Part shown: positions 56,396 to 64,000 of the stretch, one piece after another | Numbering within the stretch: position 1 is the stretch's first letter | Layout of the letters: every line of letters begins with the position of its first letter | Assembly: GCA_964016885.1 (NCBI GenBank) | Contig: OZ024741.1 | Span: forward strand, 99,200,001 to 99,264,000 | Origin: Eledone cirrhosa | Taxonomy: Eukaryota | Length of the DNA stretch: 64,000 nucleotides | Reading direction: 5' to 3' | Made by a program: the position numbers and the translations under genes | The notes under the pieces: model-generated | What the model was told of the DNA's origin: nothing | Databases searched by the model: none | What the model saw: only the letters and a program-made list of their open reading frames with translations

Positions 56396-58997
56396 TTCTT
56401 TATTAGCCACAAGGGCGCACAAGAAAAGGGGACAATACAAAGACATGCCGGGGATTTTACATACAGTCGTGTAAAAAATATAAAAACAAACAATTACAAC
56501 AATCGAAATCCCCAATAGGGGGGAGGCGCCACAAATGGGTTGTTTAATACCCCGTCGATAGAACAACCCTCAACTCCAGGAGCGTGTTGTGCAAGTGCTC
56601 CTTTCTTCCTTTTTCTCTTTTCCTCAACCTACAGGCTTATAAACAGAGAAGACCCAATCACTCGGCCATTTTCGCTTCATTCACCCACCTTTCAGTAAAT
56701 TTACTGGGGTGCAGTGCCTCTCTCTCCACCCTGATTCTCCTTCTAAAGTGATACTTAAAGAAGGGAATCAATTGTTGTCCGGAGAGAAAGGCATCTGTCC
56801 TCAGTCCTCTCAACCTCGTCCACCATATAACTTCTTTCACCATAGCCACCGTACACATCGGTGCACTATGGCGAGCTGATTGCAGGGAGGAGAGAGAGCT
56901 CAGTAACAAGAGTCAGAGGCAAGGGGAGAGCACAGCCGACACTACAACACTTTAACTAATGCTGCGCCTCTCTTTCGTTTTTGAAAGAGGCTGGCGGTTT
57001 GATCCTTACTATGGACTCGGCAGTCAACTGGATTTGTCCCATACGCGACAGTATTTGTTCGGCATAATTCCACAGGTCGGTTACGCCCGGGCAGTGTACA
57101 ATTGCGTGAAGGACTGTTTCAATGTCCTGCGCGCATCTTGGACACGTCCTCTTGGAAGGATCCCTGCCGGGGCGTCCGTGCCTGTAGATCTTGTCACGAA
57201 CCGGTAGAGCTCCTCGGTAGCACTGCCAGGCCAGGGACCTCTGGAAGTTGTCCATAGGTCCCGGGCGGAAAGTCCTACCAAACAGACTGGTGAGCTCATC
57301 GTCTTCGACGCCTAGAGTCTCTCCGAGCACGTCGTCGCCCTTGTAACGTACAATCCCTCTATAGAATGTCGAAGTGGAGTCTCCACTAATTGCTGCGCCC
57401 GCTTGCCACAGGACTGTGAGCGCCTGAGCGCATTCAATGTGCCAGGCGCCCATCGTTTTCGGTCTTTTCTTCACCCAGGACTGCAGCTCCGTCAGCGAGA
57501 CGAGCTGTGGGAAAGCCTGTCTCACAAACGGTGCCCACACCGGTTGTGGGTCGGTGAGGAATACCTGGAGATGCCGCAGCCTCAGCGCATGTTTGCGCAT
57601 CATCAGCCACGGGATTCCCAGCCCTCCGTTGGAAGGGTGCTGACAGCAGACGGATCTCCTCACCAGCGGAGCCTGCTTCTTCCACAGAAACTGGAAGAGC
57701 ATGCGTTCCATCTTGGCGAGGTGTTCACGGGGACAAGGCACGACAGTCATGCGGTAGTAGATGACGGACGCTATGAAAGTGTTCGCCACCTCCGTTCGAC
57801 CTTTCAAGGACAGTTTGCACTCTGCCCACTTCTGAGTGAGTGCAAACACCTTGGCCATGACCTCGTTCCAGTTTTTCTCCACCTGGAGGTCTGGACCGAA
57901 CCAGACCCCGAGCAATTTCACCGGTCCGTCCGTCCAGCGTCCAACGACGCTGTCGGACGTAATCGGTTTGCCTCTCCACGTCCCGAGTTGCAAACCGACA
58001 AACTTGTCCGGGTTTAGTTTTGCTCCCGTCAGCGTTTCGTATTCTTTCAGTAAGTTGCTGATCACCCCGATTTCCAAGGTGCTCGACACCATTCCCGTCA
58101 CGCCGCTTTGCGCAGTCCCGGTTGTAGAGGGATTCCCTGCAACAGCTCCAATTTCCGCAGTAGTGGCTCTAGAGTCAATACATACAGAATGGAGGAGAGA
58201 GGGCACCCCTGTCGAATGGAACGCGTGATTGCGAACGGCTCCGATAGGTAGCCGTTCACCTTGACCCTCGAGCAGATGCTGGTGTGCATCGCCTCGATCC
58301 ATCCTCTGAACACGAGACCGAAACCGGCCGCCTTGAGAACCGCTTCCAAGTATCGATGGTCGACCCTATCGAATGCCTTAGACTGATCCAAGTTGATCAG
58401 AGCCCCACTGAAGCCGGGTTTACTACCCACCCTCTCTATGATGTATCGCATGAGGTGGAGGTTGTCGTGTATGGACCTGGTCAGGATTGCACGCGTTTGC
58501 GTTTCCCTACCAGGTTCTCGGCGACAAGCGCCAACCTCGTCGCTAGCACCTTGGCCAAAATCCTTAACTCTGTGTTGAGCAGAGTTATGGGCCTGAAGTT
58601 GTTAATTTCGTCCTCCTTGTTCTCGTCTTTCCTGATCAGCGTTACTACGCCCTTGCCTGCAGAACTGGGAATTCTCCCGTTCTGCTGCCAATTGCAGTAG
58701 ACGGCTTCGAGGACGCCAGAGAACAAGTCCGGCATGCCTATGTAAAATTCGTAGGGTAGACCATCTAGACCGGGTGACTTGCGTTTTCCGCAGCGGCCCA
58801 GAGCGTATCTCAGTGTCCGTGATCGGTCTTTCGCAGAACTCGGCGTCCGTGTTCGAGAGACGCGGTAGGCCGTCGAGGTATGAACTAAAGTCCATTGCCC
58901 CGTTCGGCTCAACGTCGTTCTGCTCAAACAGTCGCGCAAAGTGCCGCTGAAAGGCCGCGCACATTTGATTGGGGGTCAAGTAGCACGCGTCTGTTTT
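56395..58997 (-). mobile_element. Tx1-clade LINE, 5'-truncated, in (GATA)n
   Basis: KSPGLDGLPYEFY, NFRPITLLN, DQSKAFDRVDH, SIRQGCPLS, CPRC..H..C; both ends abut (GATA)n. Confidence 0.9.
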
Positions 58998-59125
<128 letters not shown>

Positions 59126-59658
59126 TTCCCATTTATAATCATATTATTACATACGAAGTTAACAAACTGTAATGGTTTTATGCGAATGACGTCGTTGAAT
59201 AGTAACAGACTACACTGTGTTTACTATATAAATAATATTTTCTAATTTAAACACCAGGCCAGCAATTTTGAGGAGAGGGTGAAAATAAACTATTAGGGTA
59301 ACACAAAATTCACAGTTTATATGATTGTTCATATATTCATTAATACTGCTCCTGGACTGCAAATAATAAATAAGCTCAACATTATTGCCGTCATTATTGA
59401 CGACACCGGTCTACTAGTATATAAATATAATAAATATATAGCAAATATCTCAAAAAAAAAATGTTAAAACTCGATATGAAAAGAGCAGACGACAATGATT
59501 ACGATGATGACGTAGACAACGATAACGATGGCGACGACGTTGGTGATAATGATAATAATGGTAATCGTCATCATCATCATCATCATCATCATCATCACGG
59601 GATGATATGCGAGGAGGGTGGAGAAGGAAATACTGCTACTGAAGGAAATATGTGTTGT

Positions 59659-60200
<542 letters not shown>

Positions 60201-60206
60201 AGTAGC

Positions 60207-60390
60207 AATAATTGTTTCTACTTTAGGCACAAGGCCAGCAATTACTCAGTGCATTACTGGTACTTTATTTTATCGACCCCGTAAGGATGAAAGGCAAAGT
60301 CAACCTCGGCGGGATTTGAACTCAGATCGTAAAGGGACGTAACTATGCTGGAAAGCATGGCGTCCGACCCTCTACCGATACTGCCGATCC
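60207..60390 (-). mobile_element. Full-length tRNA-derived SINE
   Basis: Family consensus; AGCAATAAT direct repeat on both sides. Confidence 0.9.
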
Positions 60391-60979
60391 ACAGCAATAA
60401 TAGTACAGATTGGTAACAGCTGCGATTTAGACGCTGTTGCTACTGCTGCTCTGCTGCTACTGCTGCTGCTGCTGCTGCTGGTGATACTGACGAGGATGAT
60501 GACGACGACGATAACAATGGCGATGATGTCAACCGAAATGATGATAACGATAGGATGGATGTAGTGATGAAGGGGCGATGGCAGCGATGATGACGACGTT
60601 GATAATGATGATGGCGATGAAGATGATGATGACGACAATGATGATGATTACGATGATGATGATTACGATGACGATGTTGACGACGAGGAAGACGATGGCG
60701 GCGTGGTGATGATGTTTAATGAGAAATGTGAAAAGAAAATGATGACACAAGAAAAAGAGATGCATGCATGCACATCGTTGATAAACAGCAAATACATTCC
60801 GTTGTACTTTAACATCTGGAACTGATGTCGCTAACCTGTAAGAATTTACAGTCTTGCAGCAGTACTTGGTGACTTCCTGCTGCATATAGCAGAACTGTAT
60901 TTCTGCAGTGCTTACTTATAGCAGCATACTCATTCATACAACCGTCCCGCCTGCCAGGTTTGCCTTCTCGGCTTGTCAG

Positions 60980-62070
60980 CTAGCCACCCAGCCAGCCCAG
61001 CCGGACCAACCAGCCCAGCCAGACCAACCAGCCCAGCCAGACCAACCAGCCCAGCCAGACCAACCAGCCCAGCAAAACCAGCCCAGCAAAATCAGCCCAG
61101 CCCAGCCCAGCCAAACCATCCCAGCCCAGCCAAACCAGCCCAGCCCAGCCAAACCAGCCCAGCCCAGCCAAACCAGCCCAGCCCAGCCAAACCAGCCCAG
61201 CCAGCTCACCCAGCCAGCTACCCAGCCAGCTCACCCAGCCAGCTTACCCAGCCAGCTCACCCAGCCCAGGCCAGCCAAACCAGCCCAGCCCAGGCCAGCC
61301 AAACCAGCCCAGCCCAGGCCAGCCAAACCAGCCCAGCCAAACCAGCCCAGCCAAACCAGCCCAGCCCAGGCCAGCCAAACCAGCCCAGCCCAGGCCAGCC
61401 AAACCAGCCCAGCCCAGGCCAGCCAAACCAGCCCAGCCCAGGCCAGCCAAACCAGCCCAGCCCAGCCAAACCAGCCCAGCCCAGGCCAGCCAAACCAGCC
61501 CATCCAGCCAAACCAGCCCATCCAGCCAAACCAGCCCATCCAGCCAGCCCACCCAGCCAAACAGCCCAGCCCTACCAGCCCAGCTCAGCCCAGCCCTACC
61601 AGCCCAGCTCAGCCCAGCCAAACCAGCCCACCCCAGCCCAGCCAAACCAGCCATGCCCACCCAGCCCAGCCAGCCCAGCCACCCAGCCAGCCCAGACAGC
61701 CCAGTCAGCTCAGTCAGCCTGCCAAACCTTCCAATCCGGCCTGCCAGACCTGCCAGTCCGGCTGCCAGACCTTCCAGCTCGGCCTATCACACCCGTCAGC
61801 CGGGCCAGCCAGCTCAGTCAGGCTGCTCAGCTAGCCCGTCAGTCCGGTCAGCCAGCCATCCCTGTCAGCCAGCCATTCCGGTCAGCCAGCCCGTTATCAG
61901 CCAGCCCGTTATCAGCTAGCCAGCCAGCGAGCCCAGCCAGTCCAGTCAGCCAGATTACCAGTCTTCCAGCCATCCAGCTCACTAGCCATCCAGCCAGTTA
62001 ACCATCCAGTCAGACATCCAGCAGGTTAACAGTCCAGCCTGCCAGTAAACCTCCAGCTAACCCAACCATC
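60980..62070. repeat. (CCAGC)-pentamer-based satellite
   Basis: CCAGC/CCAGCCAAA units forming 14-, 19- and 24-bp higher-order repeats. Confidence 0.95.
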
Positions 62071-62767
62071 CACCCCAGCACACTAGGCATGCAACCAGCC
62101 AGTCAAGCGATCAGGCAATCAGAGAAATCAGTTAGACGGGATGTCAGACAGGCAGTCATGCAGACATGCAGTCGTGCAGACTGGCAGTCATGCAGACAGT
62201 CAGTCGTGCAGACAGGCAGTCATGCAGACAAGCAGTCATGCATAACCTGGTAAATAGAAGGAACAACTGTTTCGTTTATTTACTCAAATAAGAAAGAAAG
62301 AATTAACGAAAATAAGAAGGAAAAGGCTGAATCTATACCTTTTTCTAGGCGGTATATCTCAGCTGCAGCCCGCGAACAAGATGACGAAAATACCGCCACA
62401 AAATACTGCCGGCGACACGCACTGCATCAGCCACTCCACCTCCCGGAGTTCCTTCTTCAGGCAGGATGCACTCCTACCAATTTTGCGGAGGAAAACGGTA
62501 GTTAGGGAACAGAGGACACCGGAGGTTTAATTGTAAACAAGAGAAAATGAAAACTCTCACACACACACACAACCGTTTGTGTGGTTACATATATTCATGC
62601 ATATATTCTTTTGTTCTTTTATCCTTTTACTGGTTTTAGACATTAGACTATTTTCAAGTCTGGTACTTATATTATCGATCGCTTTTTGTCGAACCACTAG
62701 ATCACGGGACATAAACACAGTCATATACAAATGAAAACACAGATATGGAGACACACATGTGCACACA

Positions 62768-62855
62768 TTAGTGTTGCATCGATTAATAGGCGGGTAATCG
62801 GTATCGGCCATATCCGCCATTTTGCCGATTAATTGGTTTTGAAAATCGACCATTA
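62768..62855. mobile_element. Possible hAT-type non-autonomous element end
   Basis: TAGTGTTGCATCGATT start with repeated AATCGG/ATCGGC/CCGATT subterminal motifs; no partner end found. Confidence 0.35.
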
Positions 62856-63559
62856 TTGTTTTCATACTACAAAGCCACGGGGGGGGGGGGGGCAGAGAAA
62901 TTAGAAAAATGCATTGGATTCAACAAGTAGAAAAATATAAGAAATATATTATTTCCTCCGTCACACAGTCTAAGCCCACCAGTGCAGCATAAATATTTCT
63001 AGTCCTCGAACAACTGAGAAGGGCGAAACTTCTTGCAAGTTAAAGGGAGTCGAAGTAGAAGATAGACCCTGCTACCGCCCAGCGCACCCCTCATATGTTT
63101 TTAATTCACATTTTAAAACGAATTAATTTATATATTATAAAGATTCCGATTACGTTTATTTAATGGCATTTAACATGTTTTCCTGTAATAATTATTCCTG
63201 TTATCTTGACATACTCAAACAAAAGTATACCTTAATGATCAGTTTTAAGAACTGATAAGTTATGGTGTAAAATCATCAACATTTCTCCAGTTTTAGGGGA
63301 CAGCCGATTCCTTGCTTGCCCTTATATTTTACCTTCTAGGCTAAAATTTGCATAATTTTGTTACAATGTACTGTCAAGTAGTAGATCCATAATTGGAAAT
63401 AATTATATATTTTTATATATTATTTACAATGAATTATAATATACATTTTTATATCACAATACGTAATTACATTTTAGATAATCGGTTCATTCCTAATACA
63501 TTTATACACACATACGCAACACACACATATTTATATATGTTTAAATCAGGGTATTCCGA

Positions 63560-63697
63560 TCTCTGTCAAACTCCACGGACAAGGCATTGATGAATCCAAA
63601 GCTATAGTATAAGATACTTGCTTAAGATGCCGTGAAGAGGGATTAAACTCAGAACCGCATGGTTGCGAAGCGTATCCCTTAAGAACAAAGGCATACC
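63560..63697 (-). mobile_element. Old CORE-type SINE
   Basis: Reverse complement has a tRNA-like head, B-box GAGTTTAATCC and GCATCTTAAGCAAGTATCTT resembling CORE (CCTTGGGCAAGT). Confidence 0.55.
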
Positions 63698-63717
63698 AGT
63701 GCCCATACACACACACG

Positions 63718-63795
<78 letters not shown>

Positions 63796-63804
63796 AATAT
63801 AGAT

Positions 63805-63857
63805 GAGATTCTACAGGACTAGAACTGTTTCATTCTTTAGAAATCATCAGGAATCTC
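63805..63857 (-). ncRNA. Type I hammerhead ribozyme, complete
   Basis: Reverse complement: GAGATTC-CTGATGA-TTTCTAAAGAAT-GAAAC-AG-TTCTAGTC-CT-GTA-GAATCTC, in a ~145-bp island between (TA)n tracts. Confidence 0.9.
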
Positions 63858-64000
63858 TATATTAAAACTTTTATACTCTGCAATGTATTGAGTACCTCAC
63901 TTACTGTGGTTACCTCCGATTCAACCCGGAATAACGTATATATATATATATATATATATGCATGTATATATACAGGGTGTCCCCAATACGCAATTTATTA

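Noticed and set aside
60740-60915. Cys-containing minus-strand peptide (YCCKT...QRCACM) resembling a cystine-knot C-terminus
   Set aside because: In-frame stop just upstream, no convincing splice sites, and it runs into low-complexity sequence.
60908-62001. PAQP-rich 308/342-aa ORFs
   Set aside because: Satellite translation, open in many frames.
62349-62500. GC-richer segment after a TTTTTCTAG acceptor-like site (possible exon)
   Set aside because: No recognisable protein in any frame and no partner exons; needs RNA-seq.
63963-64000. TA-CAGGGTGTCCC Tc1/mariner-like terminus
   Set aside because: Cut by the window edge; partner end not visible.

Overview
AT-rich, microsatellite-saturated eukaryotic intergenic/intronic DNA. 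The SINE repertoire and (TA)n/(CA)n/(GA)n density suggest an octopus-type cephalopod (inference). I found no supportable host gene; nearly all ORFs in the track are simple-repeat translations. The window contains an internally deleted Chapaev3-type DNA transposon, three large and one small Tx1-clade LINE fragments, a decayed Neptune-type Penelope-like element (RT + GIY-YIG), an RTE fragment, a non-autonomous Helitron, MITEs, about 20 copies of one tRNA-derived SINE, and several minisatellites. Two things stand out. (1) More than ten type I hammerhead ribozyme motifs sit in short non-coding elements embedded in (TA)n, including a 312-bp retrozyme-like tandem array that flips orientation midway and other fold-back elements. 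(2) The dominant SINE shares its 3' tail with the Tx1 LINEs and forms head-to-tail SINE/LINE stacks at (ATT)n, suggesting a microsatellite-targeted SINE-Tx1 partnership. Coordinates were read by eye and may be off by a few bases.
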